A stretch of DNA of 63,563 bases, the filler included, from Chrysochromulina tobinii (lineage: Eukaryota): the NCBI GenBank assembly GCA_001275005.1. It is 6 parts of 6 records of this genome, joined end to end, with 100 filler letters (N's around TTAATTAATTAA, not from the genome) between each part and the next. Parts side by side here need not be neighbours in the genome. Positions count along the whole stretch, not along the records: positions 1 to 20,832 come from JWZX01000750.1; 5 more parts are not named here. One strand, given 5' to 3'. Shown here piece after piece: positions 1 to 11,155 of the stretch. A model generated the notes under the pieces. The model was not told the DNA's origin. It saw only the letters and a program-made list of their open reading frames with translations, and ran no database searches. The first letter of the stretch is position 1. Each line of letters opens with the position of its first letter. The position numbers and the translations under genes were made by a program.

Positions 1-264
1 CTAAAGTACCCGGTAAGAGCTCCTCACCACCGAAACGAGAAACGACAAACGGGGGTGGGGAAGCCGGCGGTAGCACTCTAAACATTAAGTGATCAAACAC
101 ACAAACACACGTTCACATTCACACACGTTCACATTCTCCCCCGGTGTTTTCATATTGTCTCGCACATTCACATTCACACTCAATTTTGTGCCGTGCCCCC
201 CATCGTCGCACGCGAGACCTCTTTATTCGCACGCGCCGCACAACCCGCCGGCGCTGTGTGTACC

Positions 265-1473
265 ATGGAGATGCTGCAGGCCGGCCTTCGCGACCCCCCC
301 GGCCTCTGGATTCTCGCGCTTTCAACCGCGCTCCACATCAAGACCCACATCACAGGTGGGGATTGGCTGACGTATTCGATGATGTTCGCATTTGATGCGG
401 TGTTCATCTGGTGGTGCTGGACCACACCTCAGCCGGTCGCTGTCGGCAAGGTGACGCAGCTGATCATCTACCCACTCAAGTCGGCGCGGGGGGTCTCGGT
501 GAGCTCCGCAAAGCTGGATGCGTTCGGTCTGGCCTATGATCGGCGTTGGATGGTCGTGGACAAGGGCGGCAACTTCATGTCGCAGCGCCGCGCGCCGCGC
601 CTGGCACTCATCGAGGCGCAGCTGCCCAAGTCGGACGACGAGCCGCTGCGGCTCCAGGACACCTCCGGCAAGATGAAGCCCTTGAGAGTGCCTCTCGTGC
701 GCCACGCCGCGGAGGAGAGCCAAGTGCGTTGTTGGGATGACCACATTTCAGCCGTGGATCAGGGTGACGCGGCTGCCGCGTGGCTTGCAGCGGTGCTGGG
801 CGTCGACGATGTTCGGCTGGTGCGCATGGCCGATGGCGCGACCCGACCGTGCAGCCCCAAGTACGCGCCCACGACGGCGCAGACGGCCTTCTCTGATGGG
901 TTCCCCATCCTCCTCACCAACGACGCGTCACTCGCACAGCTCAATGCCCGGCTCGAAGCGCGCGGGAAGGGCACCATCCCCATGGACCGGTTCCGACCCA
1001 ACCTGGTCATCGGGGCCGCCAACGGCAGCGGCGAGGGCGGGGCGCTCGGGATGGCGCCCGGCCCCTTTGCCGAGGACGAGTGGGCGGCGATCACCATCGA
1101 ACGAAATGGTCGAAATGAGGCGTCGTTTCGTGTCGTCAAGCCGTGTGCCCGCTGCAAGATGCCCACGATCAACCAGCAGACCGGCGTCCCCGACGGGCGC
1201 GGCTCGAGCGATGCCGTGCTCGGCGCCGACGACACCGATGAGGGGGGCGGACCCGTCGCGAGTGCGGAGCCGACGGCGACGCTGCGCACGTTCCGAACGG
1301 GTGAGCTCCTTGGCTACAAGAAGGCCGGGTGGAAGAACGACGTCTTCTTTGGTCAGAACCTGGTGATGCATGACGCGGAGGGCGCCACGATCCGCGTGGG
1401 TGACGCGGTCGTCGCCACGCAGCGCCGCCGACCGAGCTGGCTCGCTCGGGGCGTCCTCGGAGTTCACTATTGA
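265..1473 (+). CDS. MOSC-domain protein (mARC-like, MOSC_N + MOSC) with N-terminal hydrophobic segment
   Basis: Motifs IYPLKSARG, DRRWMVV, SQR..PRLALI, FSDGFPILL, DRFRPNLVI, FAEDEW, KPCARC, FGQNL. First in-frame ATG at 265; intronless. Confidence 0.9.
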   Translation: MEMLQAGLRDPPGLWILALSTALHIKTHITGGDWLTYSMMFAFDAVFIWWCWTTPQPVAVGKVTQLIIYPLKSARGVSVSSAKLDAFGLAYDRRWMVVDKGGNFMSQRRAPRLALIEAQLPKSDDEPLRLQDTSGKMKPLRVPLVRHAAEESQVRCWDDHISAVDQGDAAAAWLAAVLGVDDVRLVRMADGATRPCSPKYAPTTAQTAFSDGFPILLTNDASLAQLNARLEARGKGTIPMDRFRPNLVIGAANGSGEGGALGMAPGPFAEDEWAAITIERNGRNEASFRVVKPCARCKMPTINQQTGVPDGRGSSDAVLGADDTDEGGGPVASAEPTATLRTFRTGELLGYKKAGWKNDVFFGQNLVMHDAEGATIRVGDAVVATQRRRPSWLARGVLGVHY

Positions 1474-1537
1474 GAGACGAAGCGCCACAGGGCGGCGCGA
1501 TGTGACGGGGTTGCTGCTCATGGAAGTTGGGCTTGAC

Positions 1538-4500
1538 ATGTCAAGCAGGTACCGGGTAGGGCTCAGGATTTCAGAGCCTCCAAACTGAAAATTTCGCGTC
1601 GTCCTGTGGCCACGGCGACCGTACTGTGCGACCTCGTCAGCCTCCTCCCGAGGTGCCGCTGCTGCTGCTGCCTCCGTGGCCAGGAGGACCGAGAGCCCTT
1701 GCGCGCGGCGACCTTGACTGCCGGCATCTCCTCAAGTGATCCGAAACCCTTTGGCCACGGCCTGCAGCGCTCGGCGAACGAGGTGACCGCAGAGGCCATC
1801 CGAGCCCAAGAGTGGTGCTTGGAGAACCTCGCCGAGCCGCAGGCGAAGAACGCACCTCGTGAGGAGGACGATGGGCGGCGGCGGCATACGCATCGCAAGC
1901 AGCGCCGACTGGAAGCCTCGAGTGGAGTGGAGCTCGCTGCTGCGGCGGGCAGCAGCACGACGACGTGGGAGCTGCCCGATGGCCCGGCTGAGGCGCACCT
2001 GGATGCGGCAGTGGCCGCGCTGCTGCCGAAACTCGAGGCTATCCCGAGCGGTGCGCTCATCACGAAGGTCAGCAGCATGAGCGGCAATCTATCCGAGCTC
2101 CTCGCGGTCGCGCAGCTCGTCGCGGACCGTGTGAGTACCGAGGGCGCGGTGCTCGTGCGTGCCGGCTGCTTCGCGTGGCTCGCGGCCGCACTGCGCCGCA
2201 CCGACGTGCTGAGCAGTGCGGCCGCGGCGCACCGGCTGTGCTACGCCACCCGATGCGTGCTCGAAGCGTGCGCCGCCACCGCGAGCGCTTCGACACCGAC
2301 GGGAGTGCAGGCGACGTTGCTCGTACGCTCCCGCTCCGCTCTCCGACGCCTGCACGGCGAGTGCATGCAAGTGCTCACCACGGCGCCTTTCCCCACAGGT
2401 ACGCTCGGCGCTCTGCGACGTCTCGACGATGAGTGCAAAGGGCGATAGCCCGACGAGCCTCGCCGTTGGCCTGTGCGGTCTCCTCCGGCGTCACGACGAC
2501 TTTGGGCCGTTGTGCATGGACGCCTTGCATGCGTTGGCTCTCTCCATCCAGCTTGGTGGCGGCGGAGCAGCCACGGCAGCCCTGAGCGCTGCCCTGAGCG
2601 CTGGGGCCGTCGAGCTGTCGCTCGAGTGGGTAGGCCGACGCGGCGGCGGTGCGCTGGCGGAGCGGGAGATGCAAGCGGCGGGCGCGGCGGTGCTGGCTGC
2701 GACCTTCGGTGCGAGGACGGCCGTTGGGGGCTCCGCTGAAGAGGAGGAGGGTGCGGAGGAGGGTGGTGGGCGGCTCGCCCAGGCGCCCGCGACGGCGCTC
2801 GCCCGGGCGCCCGCGACGGCGCTGTGCTCCGCGTCGTCTATTGCCGATGCGAGTGCGCCTGACGAAACGCGCCGCCGTGGGCACCCGGGCGAGCCTGACG
2901 AAACGCGCCGCCGCGGGCACCCAGGCGAGCCTGACGAAACGCGTCGCCGCGCCGCTGTCCTCCGAAGCGCAGCGCAACGCCTCGTCAGTGCGGGAGGCGT
3001 CGGGATCATCGGAAGTGCGCTGCATGCGCATGCCAACCCGAGTGCCACCACCGACCACTTGGTGCTCGCACTCCTAGGAGCGTACCAAGCGATCGCGCCC
3101 ACGTTTGCGGACTGCTGGGCGCAGCTCGAGGACGCAAGGGTGCTGCAGGCCTGCACCGGCATTGTGCTGGCTGCGTCCTCGGGTACGCCTTTGGGCGGCG
3201 GTGCGAGCGCCGCATGTGCTGATGGAGCTGATGGAGCCCACCGCGGCAGAGGTGCACAAGGGATGGCCGTTACGACCGCTGGTAACGGGCGCGATGCTTT
3301 GAGTGTCCTTCGATCCCGCGTGTCCCGCCATGCAAGTGCTCACTACGGCGCGACCCGCATTGCAAGTGCTCACTACGGCGCGTTCCGCCTGCAAGTGCTC
3401 ACTACGGCGCCACTCCCCCCACAGGTGCCTTGAGTGCCCTTCGATCCCGCGCGTCCCGCCATGCTGCCAAGGCCTCGCTCCACCTGCTGTGCGCCGCCCT
3501 CTTGATGCGCACGCACGGCGGCACTCCGGGAGGCGCCGTCTCGGGCGTCTCGGGCACTCCGACGCACTCGTGCGCGCGCGGCGCCGTCTTGGGCGGGCTC
3601 GGTGCTCCTTTGGCGCAGTCGTCCGCTTCATCAATGGCCCTTTCCTCGGCTGTGCTGCAACTGCTGGCGGCGCTCGCGCGGCTGGCTGTGGAAACGCGCC
3701 ACTACGCGCCCAAGCTGCTGGGGGATCTTGAGAGGGCGGCGCCGGCAGCAGCGGCCGTGCCGCACGTCCTTCGTGGCGATCGCGAGGGTGAGGGCTCCTA
3801 ATGACCCTCGATTGCTCTCCTAATGACCCTCGATTGCTCTCCTAATGACCCTTGATTGCTCTCCTGATGACCCTCGATTGCTCTCCTGATGATCTTTGAT
3901 TGCTCTCCTAATGACCCTTGATTGCTCTCCTAATGATCTTTGATTGCTCTCCTAATGACCCTTGTGCGGATCGCGAGGGTTCGCTGCATGCGAGCTCTGC
4001 GCACTCCTCGAGCCTAGCATGCAAGTGCTCACCACGGCGCCATTTCCCCACAGGTGCGCGGGCTGCATGCGAGCTCTTAGCGCTCCTCGACCCCTCAGCG
4101 GCACCGCCCAAGGGTATCGTCAATGCGCTGGTCGCCGCGGCCCGAAGCACTCGAGAGGATGAGGACGAGGGCGGCCAGGGGGACCAGGGAGGTAAGGGCG
4201 GCAAGGGCGGTTGGACGGACGGTGGGAACGCGATGCGCACGTGGCGCCGCCCTGCATGCAAGTGCTCACCACGGCGTGATGTCCCCCACAGGTGTGTGGT
4301 GTGCCGCGCTTCTGAGCCTGTGCTGTCGCCCCCGCCCCATCGAGTCGGCCGCCGCCACGTCGCAGTCTCATCAGGCCTTCGAGGCGTTGGCGAGCATTGC
4401 GCTTCACAAGAGCGACACGTCTTCACAGCAGCGCTACACGTCTTCACAGCAGGCGCTGCCTCTGAGCTTGCTGTCGGTGGCGGCATGCCTCGCTGTGCTG

Positions 4501-5609
4501 CCACCAACGCGAGCGGCCGAGCTGGCCGACTCTCTCTGTGAGGCCGAGCTCGGACTCCTTGATATGATTCGATGGGCTCTCGGTCCCTTAGCCGCTGGCA
4601 TGCGCACGGGCGGCGCGGCTGTGAATCGGCACGCTGTGAATCGGCGCGCCGCCGCCCCCGCTGCCGCCGCCCCCCTCGGCGCCGCCGAGGGTCGTGATGC
4701 GCCGGGTGAGCTGCCCCTAGGCACAAGCCCCCGTGCTCTGGCGGCCTCCTTGCGCCTCGTGAGCGCGCTGCTCCGATATGACGGCGCACCGCGCCGGCAG
4801 GCTTACATCGAGTTGCCCATCCTCGGACGACCCGCAGCGCTCGCAAGCTTATTGGGTCGTGCCGATCTGAGCGCCGTCCCGAGCGTCCAGGCGGCAGGCT
4901 GCGCTCTTGTGCGCGTCCTCCTCACCAATGCAGGCAGCGGCGGCGGTGCTGGCGGCGGCGGCGGTGCTGGCGGCGGCGGCGGTGCTGGCGGCTGTGGGCT
5001 CCGCCACTCTCTTTCAGAGGGGGGGAGCTGTTGCGGCCTGTCGTCGCGCCAAGGCTGCGAAGCTTCGTCAACTGCTTCGTCAACTGCTTCGTCAACTGCG
5101 TCTTCGGCGCTCGACGAGTACTTCGAGGCCACGCTCGCGGCGCTCGTCGCCCATGGCCATGATGGCCGGAGCGCCGCGTCCCTCGAGATCGCGTGCGACG
5201 CGTCGGAGGTGCTCGGCGTCTTCGCACTCCTCGAGCCTTGCATGCAAGTGCTCACTACGGCGCCATCCCCCCACAGGTGCTCGGCGTCTTCGCCACCCGA
5301 CAGGCGGGCGCCCTCCATCACAAAGGCGCCCTCGTCGTCGGCGCCGTCGTGGGCGCTCTCGAGGCTCACGGGCGCACGTCGACCGAGGCGGCGCGCGCTG
5401 GCTGCTACGCGCTGCGCGCCCTCTGCCTCGCGCGCAGTGACCAGGGCGATAAGCGAGCGCGCCTGGCGGCACGGCAGCGCCTCGACGAGCTGCGCTCGAT
5501 GGAGGGGGCTCGACACCTCAAGGCGACACTCGACGCGCAAGGGCACAAGCTGCCGCGCCCGCTGCGCACGTCATGCGTAGAGCTACTCCAGGATATGGGC
5601 GCAAAGTAA
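1538..5609 (+). CDS. Multi-exon hypothetical alpha-helical (ARM-like) protein
   Basis: ORFs 1606, 2216, 3430, 3918, 4123 and 5193 join in frame using introns 2323-2398, 3282-3424, 3788-4053, 4192-4291 and 5209-5276. A first intron 1549-1640 after ATG 1538 is frame-compatible but tentative. Ala/Leu-rich; function unknown. Confidence 0.65.
3798..3963 (+). repeat. Intronic tandem repeat, 22-nt unit CTAATGACCCTCGATTGCTCTC (about 7.5 copies)
   Basis: Visible directly; lies inside intron 3788-4053. Confidence 0.9.
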
Positions 5610-5818
5610 TCTTCAACTCAGTAGAGGTCCCGAAGCGAATAGCGCTTTCATGTATCTTTGACACCCAGAGTGTCTTTCTTTTGAGTAGGATCCTTGTTGA
5701 CAAAGAAGTCACACAGACACATATTCACATTCACACGTGTGGCGTTCGTGTGGATGCGTTGGTGACGTGGCCGCGCTCGAGAGACGCTCGATAATTTCCG
5801 CGAGCGCTTCGCTCGAGA

Positions 5819-6814
5819 ATGTCCGAAGAGGCAGGACTCGCCTTCCTTGAAGAGAACAAGGCCAAGGAGGGCGTGATCACTCTCCCGTCTGGGCTCCAGT
5901 ACAAGGTGCTGGTCGAGGGCGGCGGTGTGGAGCATCCGACGGTCAGCTCTCCGTGTGAGTGCCACTATGCGGGACGGCTCCTCGACGGCACAGAGTTCGA
6001 CTCGTCGTACAAGCGAGGCCAGCCGACCACCTTCGCGCCCAACCAAGTCATCAAGGGCTGGACTGAGGCCATGCAGCTCATGGTGCAGGGTGACAAGTGG
6101 GAGATGTACATCCCATATCAGCTCGCATACGGTGCAGCCGGCAAGCCGCCCAAGATCCCGGCCAAGGCGATGCTCATCTTTGTGATGGAGATCGTCAAGA
6201 TCAAGGGCGACACCGTGCCGCGGAAGCTGCCGTACCCGGAGTGGACGGAGGCGGAGCTCGCGCTCTGGCTGGACAAGGACGAGGCGGCGTGCACGACTTG
6301 GCGCGAGGGGCGGCTTCAAAAGTGGGAGGCGGGCGACGAGAAGTTGAAGAGCTCGTACCCGACGCGTGAGGCGCTCGACGCCTGGCTTGACGGCCAGTGC
6401 CTCAACTCGCGCAACAAGAGCCTGTGGAAGCGCACCCGAGCCGCCAAGAAGATGGCGGAGGCGCCGACCCCTCCGCCCGCCGCGCCCGCGATGACGCCGA
6501 AGTTTGCGCGCACGCTGCTGGACCAGGCGCTCGCGGCCTTCACGGTGCCCGAGAACAAGTCGAAGCTGACGGCCATCGTCGCAGAGTGCGAGGCGGCGCC
6601 GCCCGAGTCGCAGATGATGATGCGCATGTCGAAGATCATGCCAGCCGTACAGGAGATGATGACGAAGCCGCTCGAAGAGGCCGGCTTCCGAGCGGACGAC
6701 TTGATGAGTGTGATGATGCAGATCCGCTCCTTCGAGGCGCAGGACCCCTCGATCGCTGCTGACTGCGCCAAGCTGACGAAGGCGGTCATGGGCGACCTCT
6801 CCGACTTTGCGTGA
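5819..6814 (+). CDS. FKBP-type peptidyl-prolyl isomerase fused to a C-terminal protein-C10-like domain
   Basis: LPSGLQYKVL, HYAGRLLDGTEFDSSYKRG, NQVIKGWTEAMQLM, IPYQLAYG (FKBP). The C-terminus AFTVPEN...IMPAVQE...GF...SFEAQDPSIA resembles C10/C12orf57 as I recall it. Confidence 0.88.
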   Translation: MSEEAGLAFLEENKAKEGVITLPSGLQYKVLVEGGGVEHPTVSSPCECHYAGRLLDGTEFDSSYKRGQPTTFAPNQVIKGWTEAMQLMVQGDKWEMYIPYQLAYGAAGKPPKIPAKAMLIFVMEIVKIKGDTVPRKLPYPEWTEAELALWLDKDEAACTTWREGRLQKWEAGDEKLKSSYPTREALDAWLDGQCLNSRNKSLWKRTRAAKKMAEAPTPPPAAPAMTPKFARTLLDQALAAFTVPENKSKLTAIVAECEAAPPESQMMMRMSKIMPAVQEMMTKPLEEAGFRADDLMSVMMQIRSFEAQDPSIAADCAKLTKAVMGDLSDFA

Positions 6815-7306
6815 GGTCTGAAGCCCGGGCGAACCTCTGACGACAGGCAGGAGGTTTCTCCAGAGAGGTCTCTGATACGAATTAACGGAACCTGAGTCGA
6901 CGACAGGTGGAGGTCTCTCCACCCACGCGGGGTACTGTATCTAAGGATCGGATAGCTGATCGCACATGACGTGACGCAGCGGCGGTGTGTCCGGTGTGTG
7001 TATCGACACAGGTTGGCGTGGAACACGCTGCTCAGACGTCGCACACCGACACAAGCACACTAACCGCTTTCGGCTACTGAATTCGGGTCTGTCACAGTCA
7101 CACACCTTGAGTTCCACACCCGCACGGACCCGCCACTCGCCACATCCGCGACCGCGGCCCCGCCCGGGAGGACATGAGATGTTTGCATGCGCGTGTTCGT
7201 GCTTGCAACAGCCGCCGCTCGCTCACGGCGCGGTGTCGATGCTCCCCGCGCGTAATTCCCTCGGCCTGGGGGGGAGGGGGGGGGTGCTCCTGTCCGTCGC
7301 TTCCGC

Positions 7307-8224
7307 TCAGAAGGGGATCTGTCCCTCACGGAACAGGGGTGTGTCTTCCTCACCCTCGGCCTGGGTGCTCGGACCGAAGAGGTCATCCATCTCCGCGTCG
7401 AGCTCGGCGCCGCGCTCGCCGCCGCGCTCCGCGCGAGATAGCATCTGGTCATCAAGGGGGCTGCCGTCGCCACCGCGTGACGAAGCCATTGCCGCGCCCG
7501 CCACGGCGCCAAAGGCGCTGCTACCCATACCGGCCGCCAGACCGGCGACGTTGGCGGCGACGTTGGCCTTGTAATTGGCCGGGTTGTACGCGCCGTCGTT
7601 GGCGCCGCCCTTGCCGCTCATCTCGTCGATGAATCTCGAGATCTCAGCCCGATCGCTCAGCTGTTCGTAACTCAAGCCCACCTGCTTCTGTCGCGCGAGC
7701 GTCGCGGCGTACAGCAGCTGCTTATCGGTTGGGAGGAGCGAGTCGGACGCGCTGCTGCGGAGCGAGCTGCCACCGCCGCCGTAGGAACGCCCACCCGCCG
7801 CAGGCGTCGCCAAGTGCTGGTTCTGGTCGATGTACTCGCTGATGGCCTTGGCGCTGCTGCGCACCGCGGCCGGCAGTGGCTCGTTCTTGGTGGCCGCGAG
7901 GCTCTCAGCAAAGGCAATCTGGCGCGCCGAGGGCGCGGACTTGCCGAGGGCCTCCTCGATGAAGGCGCTGCACCGCTCGCGGTCGAGGAGCGCGTCCTGC
8001 GGCAGCGCCAGGCCAGAGCGCTGCGCCAGCTGCTGCGCGTACCGGACCTGCTTCTCACTCGGCTCGGAGCCATAACCCCCGGCCGAGTCGGTGAATTGCA
8101 TGCGCGTCGCATGCAGCGCAGCCGTATGCGCGCGCAGTGGCGACGTCAGGGCCGCGAGGCGCAACGTCGCCGGCGGAGTAGAGGCGAGCGCTCGAAAGAG
8201 GACGCTCGCCAAGTTGCTCGCCAT
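7307..8224 (-). CDS. Hypothetical, probably organelle-targeted protein with three P(S/T)xxQxx(Y/F)AxxLA...(F/Y)I(D/E) repeats and an acidic IPF C-terminal tip
   Basis: Repeats PSEKQVRYAQQLA..CSAFIEE, PSARQIAFAESLA..ISEYIDQ, PTDKQLLYAATLA..ISRFIDE. Arg/Ala/Ser-rich, acid-free N-terminus from ATG 8224. Ends EGEEDTPLFREGQIPF. Confidence 0.7.
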   Translation of the reverse strand: MASNLASVLFRALASTPPATLRLAALTSPLRAHTAALHATRMQFTDSAGGYGSEPSEKQVRYAQQLAQRSGLALPQDALLDRERCSAFIEEALGKSAPSARQIAFAESLAATKNEPLPAAVRSSAKAISEYIDQNQHLATPAAGGRSYGGGGSSLRSSASDSLLPTDKQLLYAATLARQKQVGLSYEQLSDRAEISRFIDEMSGKGGANDGAYNPANYKANVAANVAGLAAGMGSSAFGAVAGAAMASSRGGDGSPLDDQMLSRAERGGERGAELDAEMDDLFGPSTQAEGEEDTPLFREGQIPF

Positions 8225-8374
8225 CAGCCCTTGGCGACTCAAACTTTGTTGATTACACTCGACATTTCTTTCCTGTGTTCGGTCCAAACTAAAGAGAAGG
8301 GCTTCCATGCCGTAGTGGAAGACTGAATTCCCTTTTTCGGCAACTTTTTCGAGCTCCCATCTCTCATCCCATCC

Positions 8375-9595
8375 ATGCTCTCTTCAGCTCTCGTGGCGCG
8401 ATTGCTGGTGCTACAGCCGCCACAGCAGTGTCGATGGGCCGTGTCGATGAATGCCAAGGCTTCTCCACTCGTGCTACATGAGGGTGATGGCTGGTTGGTG
8501 GTCAACAAGCCGCGCGGAATGATTGTGCACGATGGGCCGGAAAGCTTGATTGATGCACTTGCATCGGCAGGCTACAAGGGCACGAGCCCAGTCCACCGGC
8601 TCGACGCGGAGACCTCTGGGGTGATGCTGTTCTCGCAGAATCCGCGTGGTGGAAAATCGGATATCAAGGGACTGCTCACCGCCTGCCTTGCCGATCCGCT
8701 GACGGTCAAGCAGTACGTCGGCGTGATGAAAGGCGACCTGGTAGGCAGCGGCACGTGGGACCAGACGATTAGCCCAAAGGCCGAGGGCCGGAAGAATCCA
8801 CGTGGCGTCTCGGCAGTGCGTGTGTCGGCCGAGACCGATTATGTCGCACTCGGGCTGCACAGCCATCTGAGCGTTGCGAGCTTCGTGCTTCGTACTGGGC
8901 GCACGCATCAGATCCGGAAGCACGCCGCTTGCAACGGGTTCCCGATTGTGGGCGATGCACGGTACGGCGACCCGAAACACGACGAGAAGGTGTGCGAGCG
9001 GTGCGCGTTCGAGGGCATGGCGCTGCACGCCTCGCGCCTCCACATCACCATCGAGGGCACCACGCACGACTTTGTGGCACCAGTGCCGTCCGAATGGAAT
9101 GGACTCCTTTCCCAATTTGGGTCGTTGGCACTGCCGGCGGTCGGCGACGCCCTCCCACAGCCGGCGCCACGCAGCGCCAAGGCTCGTGGCAGCGCTGGGG
9201 CCAAGCCTGGCGGGCTCCGCCAGTCGGGCGAAGTCGCGACTTGGAATCGCGTCAAGGGCTATGGCTTCATCAAGCGCGAAGGTAAGGGCCTCGACAACAT
9301 CTACGTGCACCAGAGGAGCATTAAAGGTGTTGCGGGCTTCCGATCACTTCTCGAGGGCGAGTCGGTCCAGTTCGATGTGGGCACGATGGCCGACGGGAAG
9401 CTCGAGGCGTTACACGTCACTGGCCCCGGAGGCCGGCCTGTCATCGGCCTGCCGCCAAGGACAGAGGAGGAGCGAAAGCCGAGCGACCCACAGCTGTCGG
9501 CGGGCCGCGGGCAGCCAAAGACGGAGAAGGTCAAGGTCGCCTATGGGTCGCTGCCGCCAGGAGCTTACGCACCGAAGAACAAAAAGGTCGCGTGA
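8375..9595 (+). CDS. RluA-family pseudouridine synthase fused to a cold-shock domain
   Basis: VVNKPRG, HRLDAETSG, GRTHQIRKH, PIVGDARYG, LHA (RluA family). WNRVKGYGFI..IYVHQRSI..GFRSLLEGESVQF..VTGPGG (CSD). N-terminus looks like a targeting peptide. Confidence 0.9.
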   Translation: MLSSALVARLLVLQPPQQCRWAVSMNAKASPLVLHEGDGWLVVNKPRGMIVHDGPESLIDALASAGYKGTSPVHRLDAETSGVMLFSQNPRGGKSDIKGLLTACLADPLTVKQYVGVMKGDLVGSGTWDQTISPKAEGRKNPRGVSAVRVSAETDYVALGLHSHLSVASFVLRTGRTHQIRKHAACNGFPIVGDARYGDPKHDEKVCERCAFEGMALHASRLHITIEGTTHDFVAPVPSEWNGLLSQFGSLALPAVGDALPQPAPRSAKARGSAGAKPGGLRQSGEVATWNRVKGYGFIKREGKGLDNIYVHQRSIKGVAGFRSLLEGESVQFDVGTMADGKLEALHVTGPGGRPVIGLPPRTEEERKPSDPQLSAGRGQPKTEKVKVAYGSLPPGAYAPKNKKVA

Positions 9596-10261
9596 GGCAT
9601 CGGCGTGCATGCGAGGACAATGGTGAATCCCCCGGGTGTGCGCTGGCAGCACCTGTGCGTTGTGCCTGATGATTGTGCGCTGTCCCTGTGGGTATGCACT
9701 CTGCGCCTGTGGTCTGTGAGTCCCTCCTGTGGGTGTGGCACTCTGGGGAGATATCATGCCGGCCCGGCGCACGGGGAACCTCAATGACGCCTGTGAGCAG
9801 CCTGGATAGATCAGAGAGGCCGGCCGCGCGCGGCGGGGCTCGACCCGCTCACTCAACAGCCCGCCCGGGGCCCGAGGCGGCCGGGCCGACGTCGGGTCGC
9901 TTGACGCTCCGGAGGAGCGAATGTCAAAGTCGAGACGATGTACTATACCAGCATACTGTATCACCAAATCGGGCACCTACATGGCAACACTCGACTCTGT
10001 CGGAGCAGACAGGGTCGCGACGACGTCCGAGGTCTCGGCGTGTGCTGTCGGGTCCACGACGCACCCGCGAACCACGCGTCCACGCCGACCACGTCCCCCG
10101 GCATGCACACATGCACCATGTAGTCTATCTCCTCTGTCTCGCTCTCGCACTATCTCTCGCGCGCCATTCGTGCTCGCGCCGCCACACACGGCGCTGCCCG
10201 GGCGCTGTTCACGTGCTCTCTCTCTCTCACACGCGTGACCGTCCTTCTCTCGCGCCATCGC

Positions 10262-10984
10262 TTACGAGTCGGCCGCGAAGCCATCGTCGCCGCCGCCGAT
10301 GGTGCCGTCGCTGCCGCCGCTCACGTAGCCGCCTCCGCCGTAGTCGCCACCGTAGCCGCCGTTGTGGTGATGGTTGCCCGCATCCATGGCTTGGCTGATC
10401 ATCATGCCGCCGAGGAAGCCCGCCGCGGCGCTGCCTGCGACCGCGGTGCCGCTGTACCCGCCGCCGTAGGCTGGGTAGCCGTACCCAGGGTAGGCAGGGG
10501 CTGGGTGCATGCCCGCGGCAGGCATCGGCTGGGGCACGCCGTACACGGGCTTGCCCATCGGCATGCCGCCATACTCGGGGTGGTACACGTCCGCTTGGCT
10601 GCGGAAGCAAAAGTAGAGGGCGCTGAAGATGGCCACGGACCAAAACAGGTTCGACACCCAAGCAGGCGTCAGATCCTCGTTCCGACGGGGATCCTCGTGC
10701 CGATGGGGCGGGGAGCGCACTGCAGTGCTGCCGCAGATAGTGGCCGAAGCGACTCCCGTGTAGCAGCGGTACGAGCCCGTGCACCTGTAGCACTTGGCGC
10801 CTTCGAGAGCACCCGGGCAGCAGAACGCCTGCCCGCCGTCGCTGGCGCCGCAGCACTTGCCCGGCTGGCCCTTGAAGGCCTTGGAGCAGTCGCCGCCGGG
10901 CGCGCAGCACTGTTGGCAGGGCGTAAGCGAGGCTTGCGCTGGCACCTGCGCCGCGACGAGCAGGGTGACCAAAGTGACCACCAT
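10262..10984 (-). CDS. Single-pass membrane protein: signal peptide, Cys-rich ectodomain, Gly/Tyr/Pro-rich tail
   Basis: MVVTLVTLLVAAQ signal; CQQCC..C..CC..CC..C..C..C..C; TM LFWSVAIFSALYFCF; tail AAAGFLGGMMI..GGDYGGG. Confidence 0.75.
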   Translation of the reverse strand: MVVTLVTLLVAAQVPAQASLTPCQQCCAPGGDCSKAFKGQPGKCCGASDGGQAFCCPGALEGAKCYRCTGSYRCYTGVASATICGSTAVRSPPHRHEDPRRNEDLTPAWVSNLFWSVAIFSALYFCFRSQADVYHPEYGGMPMGKPVYGVPQPMPAAGMHPAPAYPGYGYPAYGGGYSGTAVAGSAAAGFLGGMMISQAMDAGNHHHNGGYGGDYGGGGYVSGGSDGTIGGGDDGFAADS

Positions 10985-11155
10985 CCCCGATTAGGGGGTA
11001 TGAATATTGAAGAACGGAAAGAAACACGTAAATTAGAATGAAGTAAGGCCATTCATAGCGTGGATGCATCAAGCAGGAGGTGTGTCTTTCTACGGCAACT
11101 TCAAGCCACGTCATTCTGTTCTCGCGTGCCACGTCTCTCGACCTTCAGACCCTTC

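Noticed and set aside
265..1473. MOSC gene as part of a selenium cluster
   Set aside because: It is 10 kb away with unrelated genes between; it is an ordinary mARC-like protein with no known role in the Sen pathway.
5648..6922. Long antisense or alternate-frame ORFs (also 928-1539, 15339-17488, 22583-23509, 50772-52013, 59541-60614, 62621-63376)
   Set aside because: Shadows of real genes caused by high GC; no recognisable motifs.
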